Below are positions 11,090 through 25,152 of a stretch of 64,000 nucleotides of DNA, piece by piece. A program made the translations under genes and the position numbers. The notes under the pieces are model-generated. The model saw only the letters and a program-made list of their open reading frames with translations. It was not told the DNA's origin and did no database searches. Source of the stretch: Candidatus Marinacidobacterales bacterium (lineage in GTDB: Bacteria > Acidobacteriota > Vicinamibacteria > Marinacidobacterales > SMYC01); the NCBI GenBank assembly GCA_965237955.1, contig OZ250169.1:6880001-6944000 (forward strand). The letters are read 5' to 3'. Numbering within the stretch: position 1 is the first letter of the stretch; each line of letters begins with the position of its first letter.

Positions 11090-11197
11090 TTGGAGATTGT
11101 AACGCTATTGGCAAGGCGGCGGGGTTCTCGAGTGTCATTGCCGCCACCGCATCCACCACCGAACCGAACATAGGATAGACGCGAAAGGAGCAGGCCG

Positions 11198-11686
11198 ATG
11201 CGAGGATTGATATGGGGTTCAGTGTCGACGACGCTAGTGGTGGCCGTCGTCTCGGTGGCGAGCACCGCGTGCAACGTGCCTCAGGAGGGAGCGATGGATA
11301 ACGCAAAACTCCAGACCCTGATCGAAAGTCTTTCCCAAGACATCGAAGGCGAACCGGGCTACTGGTCGTTCACACTCGCCTCCCGCCAAGTCGTGGTCAT
11401 CACCGACGAGGCGGCGGATCGGATGCGGATCATGACGCCCGTCGTCGAGGATAGCCAGCTCCCGGCCGAGCAGGCGCGAACGCTACTCGCGGCGAATTTC
11501 GATCGCGCACTCGACGCACGCTACGCGGTATCGCGCGGATACGTGTGGTCCGCGTTCATCCATCCTTTGAGCGCGTTGAGCGAGGAGGAGTTCGTCGATG
11601 GAGTGCGGCAGGTCGTGACCCTCGCCGAGAACTACGGAACGAGCTACACGAGCACGGACCTCGTGTTCCAGGGCGGGCAGAATTAG
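11198..11686 (+). CDS. YbjN/CesT-like chaperone-fold protein, possible lipoprotein
   Basis: DRMRIMTPV...LLAANFDRALDARYA...WSAFIHPLS; hydrophobic N-terminus ending STAC. Confidence 0.55.
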   Translation: MRGLIWGSVSTTLVVAVVSVASTACNVPQEGAMDNAKLQTLIESLSQDIEGEPGYWSFTLASRQVVVITDEAADRMRIMTPVVEDSQLPAEQARTLLAANFDRALDARYAVSRGYVWSAFIHPLSALSEEEFVDGVRQVVTLAENYGTSYTSTDLVFQGGQN

Positions 11687-12603
11687 TCCTGATTCTCGGG
11701 CCTCGTTTGAGGCTCCGCCAACACCATACGCTCGAAGTGGTCAATCGGGGCTGGGCCGCCGGGAGGCTCGCAGAAGATCCCTTCGGATGCGAGCTCGCCT
11801 CCGGCGTCGCTCGATGCCACGACCGACCCCCCCGCGTGTACGTCCGCGGTTCCTTCCACGACGCGTCCGCGATCGAAGATCACCCAAGTGAGCTCGAGCT
11901 CGTGAGCGCTCTCCTGGTCGAGGCATGCCCAGCGTCCGTCCGCCTGTCCGCCAACGTATTGGCCTCGTGCAACGATCTGGCCGGAACGGAACCAAGCCCA
12001 CTCGCCGTCACGCAGGTCATCACGGAAGCTTCCCCGAACCGCATCCGTCTCGAACGGACCGTGACGGAGTCCGGCTTCGAAAGTAAACGACGCCAGTCGC
12101 CGTTCGTTGGGCCTGCCAAAAACCCACTCGCCTTCTCGGCGCCCGCCGCGACACTCGCCAAGCGCGGGAATTCTCGAGCCAAGGGCTGGCCAGGGTTGAA
12201 CGCAGGCGCCGTCATCGCCACAACTCGAGCAATCTCCAGGATCGAAATCCTCGACGGAAGGAATCTCGTCGATCGTGTTCCACCCCATCAGAATCGGCGA
12301 GAGCGCCATCGTCGTCGTGAGGAGACCACCGAGCACGTAGAACGGTCCATGCAAATTGACGCGAACGAGTCCGTAGACGACGAGGACGGCGCCGATGAAC
12401 CCGAGAGCGATGGCGGCGAGCCCGGCAATCGTGAGGCCTCCTAGAAATGGGCCAACCCCAATGAGGCTCGTCGGATCCGTAGACTCGAGCTTGCGCAGTA
12501 TCCAAAGACAGGCGCCGGGCGGCACCGCGGCCGCTACCGCGAACATCGCGAGGACGACCCATGCACCTTCTCGTTCCTCTTTGTCGGTATCGAACTCCAT
12601 CAC
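11683..12603 (-). CDS. Membrane protein with C-terminal MORN/YwqK-like repeats
   Basis: 3 TM segments, then repeats GRREGEW, GLRHG, GSFRDDLRDGEW, GQYVGGQADGRW. Confidence 0.6.
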   Translation of the reverse strand: MMEFDTDKEEREGAWVVLAMFAVAAAVPPGACLWILRKLESTDPTSLIGVGPFLGGLTIAGLAAIALGFIGAVLVVYGLVRVNLHGPFYVLGGLLTTTMALSPILMGWNTIDEIPSVEDFDPGDCSSCGDDGACVQPWPALGSRIPALGECRGGRREGEWVFGRPNERRLASFTFEAGLRHGPFETDAVRGSFRDDLRDGEWAWFRSGQIVARGQYVGGQADGRWACLDQESAHELELTWVIFDRGRVVEGTADVHAGGSVVASSDAGGELASEGIFCEPPGGPAPIDHFERMVLAEPQTRPENQD

Positions 12604-12615
12604 GGCCCTCGATCA

Positions 12616-13665
12616 ATGATGCCCCCAACGGCACGGTATTCCAACCGACTGTCGTATCATGCAGCGCGTATTACGATGGACCACCTCACGTTCGAACAGC
12701 TCTCGTCGGAAGCGGCCCGCTATGACGAGGCTGTTCTCCGCACGCCCGCCATCGATCACTTCTGCTCGAGCTCGTTTTGGATCCTCCCCGCGGCCGAACA
12801 TCTCATGACGCCGGGTGGTCCGTGGGTGCGACGCTCCGACGGCGCCTATGTCGCCCTCGCGCGCAGCGACCACGGGCCGAGCTCGGCATCCTCATCCTCA
12901 GTGCTGCATCCGCTCGAAGCGATGTGGGCCCTTCCCTCGCCGCTCGTCGGGGCCGAGCCCGAAGCGCTGTCCCAATTCTTGCTCGAGGCGCTCGGGAGCG
13001 ATCCCGGCTGGGGCGCCGCCTTCCTGACCGGGCTCCATGAACGATCCGCGCTTTGGAAGAAACTCGTGCCCTCGCTCAGCTGTCGGTACGAGCTCTCGCG
13101 CGGCCCGGTTACGCGCCGTTACGCGGTCGACCTCACGGATGGTGTCGACGGGTTTCTACGCAATCGCTCGTCCGGCTTCCGCAAAAATCTCCGCAAGGCG
13201 GAGCGGCGCGCCCGCCAGGTCGAGCTCCGATTCGAGATCGCTGACGAGTGCGCTCCTGAAGACGCTGACGCATCCTTCGATCGACTCCTCGCGATCGAAC
13301 GCCGTAGCTGGAAGGGCCGCCGAGGCGTCGGGATCGATACCGATCCGATGTGCGCGTTCTACCGTGACATGAACCGGCGGTTGGTGGAGCGAGGCGCGAG
13401 GCGTCTGGTGTTCGCCACGCTCGATGGCAACGACGCCGCGTACATCTTTGGAGGCGTTCTCGGAAAAACCTACCGCGGTCTTCAGTTCAGCTTCGACGAC
13501 ACCTACGCGGAGCATTCGCTCGGGAATTTGTGCCAGCTCGAGGAAATTCGGCGGCTCAGCGATGATGGAGTCGAGATCTACGATCTCGGAACCGAAGTGC
13601 CGTACAAGAAACGGTGGGGCGACCGTGTTTTCAGCACGTCCTGTCTCGTCGTTCAGCCTTCATAG
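12616..13665 (+). CDS. GNAT family acetyltransferase (CelD/BcsL-like)
   Basis: RSSGFRKNLRKAERRA, RSWKG, SFDDTYAEHSLGNL, YDLG..YKKRWG; start may be the downstream Met. Confidence 0.8.
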   Translation: MMPPTARYSNRLSYHAARITMDHLTFEQLSSEAARYDEAVLRTPAIDHFCSSSFWILPAAEHLMTPGGPWVRRSDGAYVALARSDHGPSSASSSSVLHPLEAMWALPSPLVGAEPEALSQFLLEALGSDPGWGAAFLTGLHERSALWKKLVPSLSCRYELSRGPVTRRYAVDLTDGVDGFLRNRSSGFRKNLRKAERRARQVELRFEIADECAPEDADASFDRLLAIERRSWKGRRGVGIDTDPMCAFYRDMNRRLVERGARRLVFATLDGNDAAYIFGGVLGKTYRGLQFSFDDTYAEHSLGNLCQLEEIRRLSDDGVEIYDLGTEVPYKKRWGDRVFSTSCLVVQPS

Positions 13666-14828
13666 ATGAGATAGCGCTCGCGGATCTTCTTGAACCGCGC
13701 GAGGTCGACTTGCCACGCGGCTTCGATCTCGCCGAGGGTTGCATCGGCCTCGAGTTGAGCGCGGATCGATCCGTTACCGGCGAGGATGTCGATGGCAGGC
13801 CGTTCGAGCTCGTACTCGTACGGCGGAGGGCGCCAATCAAACTCGTCGGGCCATAACCGTCGCGCGGCGCGGATCAACGCATAGCCGGTCCGGAGGGGTC
13901 GATAGGTTTCACGGTCGATCACGTGCTGCTGTACGCCGCCGCAGAGCTGCCCTCCAAATTTCTGAAACGTGGGCTCGAAGCAAAGCGGCCGAAAGACCAC
14001 GCCGGGCAGATCCTCTTCGACGAGCGCTCGCGCGAGCTTGGCACCGTCGATCCACGGGGCGCCCATGATCTCGAACGGGCGGGTCGTGCCTCGCCCTTCC
14101 GAGAGGTTCGTGCCCTCGATGAGACACGCACCGGGATAGACCGTCGCGGTATCGAGGGTGGGCAGGTTGGGCGATGGCAAAACCCAGGGAAGACCGGTGT
14201 CGTCGAACCATTGCGAGCGCTTCCACCCGTCCATCTCGACCACGCTCAGCCGGCAGCCCACGCCAAACTCGTCGTTCACGAGGCGCGCGATCTCACCGGA
14301 TGTCATCCCATGACGGTTCGGGATGGGGTAGAGGCCGACGAACGAGAGATGGCTTCCTTCGATGAGGTTTCCTTCGACATGGACGCCGTTGATCGGGTTC
14401 GGGCGATCGAGAACGATGAGCTCGATATCGTCACGGGCACACGCCTCCATGGCGTGGGTCATCGTCCAGATGTAGGTGTAGTAGCGCGAGCCGATGTCTT
14501 GAATGTCGAACACGACCGCGTCCAACCCGTCGAGCATCTCCTCCGTCGGCACGCGCGTCGGTCCGTAGAGGCTCCGTACCGGAAGCCCGGTGATCGGATC
14601 GGCCCCGTCACCGACTTCAATCAAATCCTGTGCGCTCGCGCGCAACCCGTGCTCGGGGCCGAAGAGAACCGCGAGCTCGACTTCCTTCCGCGCATTGAGA
14701 TTGAGGAGGTCGATCCCATGACGGAGCTCACGATCGACCGTCGTCGGGTTCGCGATGAGGCCGATGGTCTTGCCGGCGACAAGGTCGATGGCGCTTCCCA
14801 GAAGCTTCTCGAGCCCGGTCACCACCAT
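13653..14828 (-). CDS. namZ: Exo-beta-N-acetylmuramidase (DUF1343/YbbC)
   Basis: LFGPEHG, FDIQDIGSRYYTY, LDRPNP, RHGMT, EGTNLSEGRGTTRPFE. Confidence 0.9.
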   Translation of the reverse strand: MVVTGLEKLLGSAIDLVAGKTIGLIANPTTVDRELRHGIDLLNLNARKEVELAVLFGPEHGLRASAQDLIEVGDGADPITGLPVRSLYGPTRVPTEEMLDGLDAVVFDIQDIGSRYYTYIWTMTHAMEACARDDIELIVLDRPNPINGVHVEGNLIEGSHLSFVGLYPIPNRHGMTSGEIARLVNDEFGVGCRLSVVEMDGWKRSQWFDDTGLPWVLPSPNLPTLDTATVYPGACLIEGTNLSEGRGTTRPFEIMGAPWIDGAKLARALVEEDLPGVVFRPLCFEPTFQKFGGQLCGGVQQHVIDRETYRPLRTGYALIRAARRLWPDEFDWRPPPYEYELERPAIDILAGNGSIRAQLEADATLGEIEAAWQVDLARFKKIRERYLIYEG

Positions 14829-14877
14829 ATCGTTTATTATCCCACCGAGGAGGCGTTCCCATGAAGTGGTTGATGCA

Positions 14878-17006
<2,129 letters not shown>

Positions 17007-17010
<4 letters not shown>

Positions 17011-17246
17011 TCTCGCCAGGGCTCGAGAGAAAGCAGGAATACAGGAATCTCAGGAACGTTGTTTCCTGCAACGCTCGGAAAATTCAGACGCAATCCACGC
17101 GGCCGCGCGCTTGCTTGACCCCAGTAGAACAGCGCGCTGATCGAGAAGTAGACGCTGAGCACGATCCCGAGGACCGCGAGCGCGAAAAGCACGACGAGGC
17201 GGTTGCTGCTCTTGCGAGCCTCGTCCTGGTGCTGAAAGAAGTCCAT
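17007..17246 (-). pseudogene. N-terminal fragment of M48 (HtpX-like) metallopeptidase
   Basis: MDFFQHQDEARKSSNRLVVLFALAV resembles the start of lemA-associated M48 peptidases; homology lost after about 45 aa. Confidence 0.65.
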
Positions 17247-17255
17247 CGTTCGCGG

Positions 17256-17390
17256 TTAGAACTTGACTTTGGGCGCTTCCCGTTCCGTGGCGACTTCGAT
17301 CTCGAACAGCTCCGCTGCTTGAAAGCCCATCGGGCGTCGCAATCATAACGTTCGGGAATTTCTCCCGCGCGGTGTTGTAGCTCGTCAATC
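17256..17390 (-). pseudogene. lemA: LemA C-terminal remnant (frameshifted)
   Basis: TSYNTAREKFPNVMIA / MGFQAAELFEIEVATEREAPKVKF*. Confidence 0.75.
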
Positions 17391-17430
17391 GCGAGTTGAC
17401 GCACGCGACGCCTTCGGCGTAGGTTCTGGC

Positions 17431-17622
17431 ATGCGTTCATTACAAGCTCGACATCCAGTTCGAGCTCTCGGGCAAACTTATGCAGGACGCCAACACCGAG
17501 CTCATGCAACACAGCCGCCGGTGTATATGAAGCCCGGCGATATCGCGGAGTGCTCCGTCGAAGGCATCGGGACACTGCGAAACCCGATCCGCATGTGGCC
17601 GGACGAGATGAAGCCGAGATGA
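17431..17622 (+). pseudogene. Fumarylacetoacetate hydrolase family C-terminal remnant
   Basis: LSGKLMQDANT in one frame joined to PPVYMKPGDIAECSVEGIGTLRNP in another. Confidence 0.7.
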
Positions 17623-17962
17623 AGCTGTGACGGGGTTTCCTACCGTCGACTAGTCGCGCTCCGATCCGGCCGAGGTGGATCGCGTGTGCCGTGGCACCGG
17701 ATTTCTCGCGATCTTCGGGCACGAGTTTCCCGAGACACTCATCGACCGCTGGGTGTCGACGGTGCACCGTGTGACCTGTGAGTCCTCCCGGCGGCAATCG
17801 ATTGCGTTTTTACACCTTCCCAACTGGGACGCCGAGACAATATGACATTTCTACCGAGACGAGCTCGGGTCTCATTTGGTAGAATGAAGAGTCTTTCCCA
17901 GAAAACCAAATACGTCGACGTCCGTCCCGGGCCGCCGGGGCGGGACGAGGTAGAGAGTCACA

Positions 17963-18475
17963 ATGAGCTTGAACGTCATGATCGCGGGTTGCCGCAAGGA
18001 TGAACGGGAGCGCATCGACGCGGCGGTGCGCGCTGCTTTCACCGGCCGCCCCGACGAGGAGCCTTGGAACGTGTCTTTGGTGAACGTGGCCAACCAGTGG
18101 TCGATCGACATCGACGGACCCGAGCCGCAGTTCAAAGGTATGAGCCTGGTTGCACCCACTAGCGATCTGACGGCGAGCCTCCAGCAGGCGCTAACAGGCG
18201 CCGCTCCGTCTGGAAACGGCGCGGCATCGGAAACGGGGACACCAGCGCCGCAAAGTGGAAACGGAGGAGCTCCGTCGGCGCCCGCGGGGGCCCGCAAAGA
18301 CCGTCACGAGTGTGAGGAGTGCGCCGCCGCGTTCGAAGTCATCTTCGACCAGCGAGCGGGTGAGCCCGAGGAGCTCTGCCCGGTAGCGTGTCCCGCGTGC
18401 TGGCACGTCAACAAAGTGCCGATCGCGGAGGCAGCCGGCGCCACCGGCGACTACCGCGCCCACGTGGTCAGCTAG
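17963..18475 (+). CDS. Hypothetical protein with C-terminal zinc ribbon
   Basis: CEEC...CPAC; low-complexity linker. Confidence 0.65.
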   Translation: MSLNVMIAGCRKDERERIDAAVRAAFTGRPDEEPWNVSLVNVANQWSIDIDGPEPQFKGMSLVAPTSDLTASLQQALTGAAPSGNGAASETGTPAPQSGNGGAPSAPAGARKDRHECEECAAAFEVIFDQRAGEPEELCPVACPACWHVNKVPIAEAAGATGDYRAHVVS

Positions 18476-18593
18476 CCGAACAACCTCTCCGCCACTCGCC
18501 TTGCTCGCCCGCCCGATTGTCGCCTCGCCTCACATGGCTTAGAATCTTACTAATCAGACAATTTCAGTTTTCTTCTGGAGGTGCTGGGGCGCC

Positions 18594-19550
18594 ATGCCGC
18601 CACTACTAGACATCCCCCCGTCGGGAAGCTTCAACGCGTGGTCTCAAGGATTCGAGTTTCCCGACTTGCTTCTGGCGATCTGCAAACGCGAGCAAAGCGG
18701 TGAGCTCAAGTTCATGAGCTCAGAGGCAGAGAAGACCATCCTTGTTCACGATGGGGAGATCGTTTTCGCGAAGTCATCGTCGACCGACGACCGTCTCGGC
18801 CCCTACTTGCTGCGCGAGAATTTGATTCGGTTCGAGCACGTGACCGAGCTCAGCCGGTTCGTATCACCAGAGAAGCGATTCGGCACCGTTCTCGTCGAAA
18901 ACGGCGTCCTCGATCCGCACGAGCTCGTGCAGGGCGTCGTCGGTCAAGTGCGCTCGATCGTCTTGAGCCTATTTCAATGGACGGAAGCCGCGTACATTTT
19001 CGAGCAGCGGGAGCCCGACAAAGAGGACATCACGCTCCGGATCCCTCTCACCAAGCTCATCGTCGACGGCGTGCGGCAAGTGACGAGCTGGCGCCGGGTG
19101 ATGGGCGGGATAGGCTCCCTCGATGCCGTATACCAGACGATCGCCGGCGTCGAAGATACCGTGCGTGCCGCGAAGCTAACACCCGAGCAGCTCGATCTCG
19201 TCGCCGATATGCGAGGACCGAAAACGATCGCCGAAGCATGTGCCGCGACCGAGATCAGCGACTTCGAGGTGTGCCAGCTGCTTTGGGGGTACTGCGCGCT
19301 TGGTTGGGTCGGTCCCGTCACCGAGATCGCTTCGAAAGCGACGTCCGAGCCGGAGATCGTCGCCGAGGAAGCCCCTGCCGCGCCCGCGGAGCCGATTCCC
19401 GTCGTCGACGCCACTCCCGCGCCGGAGCCGATGCCCGTCATCGAAGCGGCCACCGAGGTCAAAAGTCAAGACGAAGAAGCGGCCGAGGACGACGAGGAAG
19501 AGGACCTCGAAGGCCTCGGGATGGTCTTGAAGGACGATCCGTTGGCGTAG
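18594..19550 (+). CDS. DUF4388-domain protein with acidic tail
   Basis: FPDLL..SGEL..EKTILVHDGEIVFAKSS..DRLG..L, KRFGTVLVENG, LFQWTEA. Confidence 0.75.
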   Translation: MPPLLDIPPSGSFNAWSQGFEFPDLLLAICKREQSGELKFMSSEAEKTILVHDGEIVFAKSSSTDDRLGPYLLRENLIRFEHVTELSRFVSPEKRFGTVLVENGVLDPHELVQGVVGQVRSIVLSLFQWTEAAYIFEQREPDKEDITLRIPLTKLIVDGVRQVTSWRRVMGGIGSLDAVYQTIAGVEDTVRAAKLTPEQLDLVADMRGPKTIAEACAATEISDFEVCQLLWGYCALGWVGPVTEIASKATSEPEIVAEEAPAAPAEPIPVVDATPAPEPMPVIEAATEVKSQDEEAAEDDEEEDLEGLGMVLKDDPLA

Positions 19551-19551
19551 C

Positions 19552-20173
19552 GTGGCAGAGCCGCAACCAAGAATGTTGCCGGCGTCGCCCATCGTCACGG
19601 TATCCCCCTTCACCTCGACGGCGCGCGCCTGTGGCACGCATCCGTTGCGACCGGCATACGAGAAGGCCGATTATGCGCGGGTGTGCGACACGGTGAACGC
19701 GTGCTTCTCCAAGGGACTCGGGGCTCCGGTCGGCTCGGCTCTTGCTGGACGGTCCGCTTTCATCGAGCGAGCTAGGCGCTTCAAGCAAATGTACGGAGGC
19801 GGGTTCCGGCAAGCCGGGGTTATTGCCGCGGGAGCGCTCTACGCGCTCGAGCACCACCGAGCGGATCTCCCGGACGACCACAAGCGGGCGGCGACGCTCG
19901 CCGCGGGGTTATCGTGCCCGTGAGCCGAAAACGGATGATGTTCGTCCGGACGAGCGTCGTATCGAGCTCGACGCCTGCGAGCTGATGTCGTCTTTCGAGC
20001 TCGCCGAGCAATGCCACGCGAGGGGGCTTCACATGTTACCCGTGGGAAAGCAGGCGATGCGGGCCGTCATACACCGCGACGTCGACGACGAGTCCACCGA
20101 AACCGCACTTTCTGTGCTGAGAGACGTCCTCACCAACGAAAACAAGGGAATCACCAGCATAGAACCTCAATAA
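19552..20173 (+). pseudogene. ltaE: Low-specificity threonine aldolase remnant (5'-deleted, frameshifted)
   Basis: LHLDGARLWHA, CFSKGLGAPVGS, GGGFRQAGVIAA across shifting frames. Confidence 0.8.
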
Positions 20174-20226
20174 AATTGGTATCCGGCTCCTCAAAATCTT
20201 ATATCTAACAGCTCAAATTAACCTGC

Positions 20227-20256
20227 TTGACAAAAACTAACAATTTGCGGTATTAT
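20227..20256 (+). promoter_or_regulatory. sigma70 promoter of heat-shock operon
   Basis: TTGACA-N18-TATTAT. Confidence 0.7.
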
Positions 20257-20265
20257 CCCGGCTTG

Positions 20266-20292
20266 TTAGCAGTCGAACGGTCCGAGTGCTAA
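20266..20292. promoter_or_regulatory. CIRCE element (HrcA operator)
   Basis: TTAGCAGTC-N9-GAGTGCTAA; one mismatch to consensus TTAGCACTC-N9-GAGTGCTAA; upstream of hsp20-groESL. Confidence 0.93.
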
Positions 20293-20319
20293 CTCTAGGA
20301 AATTGCCGTAAAATCCACG

Positions 20320-20766
20320 ATGCCGTTTGCTCATTGGGATCCCGTGCGTGAGCTCCTCGCGCTACAAGAGCGTATGAACCGGCTCATCGATTCGACGTTG
20401 TCGCGAACGCGATCGGACACAGAGCTCTCCTCGTCGGGAGCTTGGTCTCCGGCCGTCGACCTCTTCGAATCGGATCAGCATTTCATCCTCAAAGCCGAGC
20501 TTCCCGAGGTCGAACATGACGACATTGAGCTTCGCATCGATGACGACCGTGTCACCCTCCGCGGTGAACGTCACCTCAGGGAGGCGGTCGACGAAAAGCA
20601 ATTCCTGCGCATGGAGCGCTCTTACGGCCCGTTCCATCGTACGCTCGACCTCCCCACCACGGTCGATGAGGACGCAATCGAGGCCGAGTTCAAGAAAGGC
20701 ATTCTGACGGTCGTCATGCCGAAGCGCATGAGCGAAAAGAGCCGTCAGATCCCAATCAGCGGGTAG
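20320..20766 (+). CDS. Hsp20/alpha-crystallin small heat shock protein
   Basis: [33 protein letters not shown]. Confidence 0.93.
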   Translation: MPFAHWDPVRELLALQERMNRLIDSTLSRTRSDTELSSSGAWSPAVDLFESDQHFILKAELPEVEHDDIELRIDDDRVTLRGERHLREAVDEKQFLRMERSYGPFHRTLDLPTTVDEDAIEAEFKKGILTVVMPKRMSEKSRQIPISG

Positions 20767-20834
20767 CCGGACCGCGCGTCACCTATTCGAGCCGGCTTTA
20801 TTGGTTACTGACACTAAGGAGGAATGTAGAGAAG

Positions 20835-21125
20835 ATGAAGATCAAACCGATCAAGGACAACATCGTCGTCAAACGACTCGACGAAACCGAGGAAAAGAAA
20901 GTCGGCTCCATCATCATCCCAGACGCTGCCAAGGAAAAACCTATGACGGCTGAAGTCATCGCCGTTGGCTCCGGTCGAACCTTGAAGGACGGGAAAAAAG
21001 TTCCGCTCGAGGTCAAAGTCGGCGACAAAGTGCTCGTCGGCAAGTACTCGGGCTCGGAAGTCAAGCTCGATGGCAACGAGTACCTCATCCTCAAAGAGGA
21101 CGAAGTTCTCGGCATCGTCGAATAA
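20835..21125 (+). CDS. groES: Co-chaperonin GroES
   Basis: [30 protein letters not shown]. Confidence 0.97.
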   Translation: MKIKPIKDNIVVKRLDETEEKKVGSIIIPDAAKEKPMTAEVIAVGSGRTLKDGKKVPLEVKVGDKVLVGKYSGSEVKLDGNEYLILKEDEVLGIVE

Positions 21126-21165
21126 TTTTTGGGAATTAACTTTTTGGGAATTAACTTTTTGGAAT
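21126..21165 (+). repeat. 15-bp tandem repeat (2 full + 1 partial)
   Basis: TTTTTGGGAATTAAC x2 + TTTTTGGAAT between groES and groEL. Confidence 0.8.
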
Positions 21166-21191
21166 CGATTTCATCGATTCAACGGAGGTAA

Positions 21192-22853
<1,662 letters not shown>

Positions 22854-22867
22854 GCCGCTCAAACAAC

Positions 22868-22900
22868 AAGGCCCGGACCTTTCGGTCCGGGCCTTTTTTG
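22868..22900 (+). terminator. Intrinsic terminator after groEL
   Basis: AAGGCCCGGACC-TTTC-GGTCCGGGCCTT followed by T-run. Confidence 0.92.
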
Positions 22901-22948
22901 TTTGAGCAGCGTTGCGGCGCCATCAGCCATCAGCCGTCGGCCATCAGC

Positions 22949-23725
22949 GTGCAGTTAAGAGACAGAGTTGCCCTCGTTACCGGAGCGGGCTCCGGGATCG
23001 GTCGTGCTATTGCGCGTCGGTTTCATGATGCCGGTGCCTTTGTTTACGTTAATGATATCGAGGCTTCGTCAGCTCGGGAGACACTCGGTGAGGAACGGGT
23101 GCTCTTGGCCGATGTGTCGGATAGTGGCCAAGTCGCTGAGATGTTTGCTTCGCTTGACCGTCTGGACATTCTCGTTAATAACGCGGGGATTGCGGAGTCT
23201 CGGGAGCGGTGGGGGGAGATCAATCGGATCGCAGAGGCTCGGCTCGGAGAAGTTCCTATCACCACGCATTGGGACGTTACCGTTTCGATGGACGACTCCA
23301 CATGGCGGCGGATGATGGCAGTGCATTTGGATGGCACGTTTTTCTGCACGCGCGAAGCACTAAAGCTCATGAATCGGCAAGGCGCCGGGGTCATCATCAA
23401 TGTCTCCAGCACCGCCGCGCTTGGTGGGCTCGCGGACGCGCCACACTACGCTGCCGCGAAGGCCGGCATTCTCGGCTACACCAAATCCCTCGCCAAGGAA
23501 GTCGCCTCGCGTGGCATCCGCGTGAACGCGATCGCACCCGGCTTCACCGAGACGCCGATGACGAAGCTCATCTCTGACAAAGTGCGCGCTGCATCGCTCG
23601 CCACTATCCCGATGGCGCGATGGGGCAAGCCTTCCGATATTGCGGCGGCGGCTCTGTTCCTCGCTTCGGATGACGCATCCTACATTACCGGACAGTGTCT
23701 CTCTCCAAACGGGGGCGTGATTTGA
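22949..23725 (+). CDS. SDR family oxidoreductase (FabG-like)
   Basis: TGAGSGIG, NNAG, YAAAK, NAIAPG; GTG start inferred. Confidence 0.9.
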   Translation: MQLRDRVALVTGAGSGIGRAIARRFHDAGAFVYVNDIEASSARETLGEERVLLADVSDSGQVAEMFASLDRLDILVNNAGIAESRERWGEINRIAEARLGEVPITTHWDVTVSMDDSTWRRMMAVHLDGTFFCTREALKLMNRQGAGVIINVSSTAALGGLADAPHYAAAKAGILGYTKSLAKEVASRGIRVNAIAPGFTETPMTKLISDKVRAASLATIPMARWGKPSDIAAAALFLASDDASYITGQCLSPNGGVI

Positions 23726-23737
23726 TACGCTTACGCG

Positions 23738-25009
23738 GTGAGCGAAAGCGGAACCGGCGCCTCTAAACTCAGCGGGCCGGGCAGCCACCTCACAATCTAC
23801 ATTCTTGTCGCGATCGCCCTCGCGATCGCTCTCGCGCTCGTCGCGCCGCACGCTGCCACGCAGTTCGAAGTCGGCGGCGAGATCTTCCTGCGCCTTCTGA
23901 TGATGATGGTGGTGCCGCTCGTCATGGCGAGCGTCATGAGCGGCATCATCGGCCTTGGCGACGTGCGCAAGCTCGGTCGCCCCGGACTCGCTGCGGTGAC
24001 GTACTACGCGACCACGACCATGTTTGCGGTCTTGGTCGGCATCGTCGTCGTGAACTTGATCGAGCCTGGCGTTGGCATCGTGAACGTCGAACAAATCGAG
24101 ACGCTCTCCGGGGAGGAGGTACAGCAGCTCGAAGAGGCGGGCCCCGACTCGATAGGCGAAATCTTCGAGAATCTCGTTCTGATGCTCTTCACCCGGAACC
24201 TCATCCTGTCCGCGGCAGAGACAAACCTGCTACCGCTCATCTTTTTTTCCATCGTCTTCGCCGGCATGTTGACGACGATGGGCACTCGCGTGAAAGCCAT
24301 CACCGAGATGATCGTTCAAGTGAATGACGCGCTTTTGAACTTCATCCTGTTGCTCATGAAGCTCGCGCCGATCGGCATTTTTTGTCTCGTCACCGCACGT
24401 TTCGGTGCGGCACGTGCCGAAGGACAGTTTCTCGAGACGCTCGGACAAACGGGTTGGTACTTCCTCACGGTCATCCTCGGCCTCGCATTCCACGCGAACG
24501 TGACGCTTTGCTTGATCTACTGGCTGTTCACGCGCAAGAACCCGTTTCAGTTCATGGCCCATATGTCCCAGGCGATCTTGACGGCGTTCTCGACCGCGAG
24601 CTCGTCGGCGACGCTTCCGATCACGATGGATTCTGCCGTCCGCACCGCGGGCGTATCGAAGAAGTCCGTCGAGCTCGTCCTCCCGGTCGGCGCGACCATC
24701 AACATGGACGGTACCGCGCTCTACGAAGCGGTCGCCGCCATCTTCATCGCGCAGGCAGTCGGGCTCGAGCTCAGCCTCGCGCAACAAGGCGTGATCGCGG
24801 TGACCGCGACCCTCGCTGCCATCGGCGCCGCCGGGATCCCCGAAGCCGGCCTGGTGACGATGGTCATTGTGCTGAACGCGGTCGGGCTCCCGGCAGAGTA
24901 CATCGGGCTCATCTTATCGGTCGACTGGCTCCTCGACCGCTTCCGCACCGCCGTGAATACGTTCGGCGACTCGGTGGGAGCGGCAGTTGTTGAGAAAGCG
25001 TTCCCTTAG
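23738..25009 (+). CDS. Dicarboxylate/amino acid:cation symporter (DAACS)
   Basis: AFSTASSSATLP, GATINMDGTALY, DRFRTAVN. Confidence 0.95.
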   Translation: MSESGTGASKLSGPGSHLTIYILVAIALAIALALVAPHAATQFEVGGEIFLRLLMMMVVPLVMASVMSGIIGLGDVRKLGRPGLAAVTYYATTTMFAVLVGIVVVNLIEPGVGIVNVEQIETLSGEEVQQLEEAGPDSIGEIFENLVLMLFTRNLILSAAETNLLPLIFFSIVFAGMLTTMGTRVKAITEMIVQVNDALLNFILLLMKLAPIGIFCLVTARFGAARAEGQFLETLGQTGWYFLTVILGLAFHANVTLCLIYWLFTRKNPFQFMAHMSQAILTAFSTASSSATLPITMDSAVRTAGVSKKSVELVLPVGATINMDGTALYEAVAAIFIAQAVGLELSLAQQGVIAVTATLAAIGAAGIPEAGLVTMVIVLNAVGLPAEYIGLILSVDWLLDRFRTAVNTFGDSVGAAVVEKAFP

Positions 25010-25010
25010 C

Positions 25011-25152
25011 TCAATCCGCCGTCAGCCATCAGCCATCGGCCGTCGGCCGGAAAGAGGCGTTGCCTTCGAGTGGCACAATTCGTGAACCACCGGGTCATCG
25101 CCTCAGGCAGCGTTAGCTGATGGCTGATGGCCGGTGGCTGACGGCGGATTGA
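25011..25152. repeat. 142-bp element with 18-bp perfect terminal inverted repeats built from GCCATCA heptamers
   Basis: TCAATCCGCCGTCAGCCA ... TGGCTGACGGCGGATTGA. Confidence 0.75.

Noticed and set aside
21126-21165. Possible CRISPR array
   Set aside because: Tandem repeat without spacers; no cas genes in the window.
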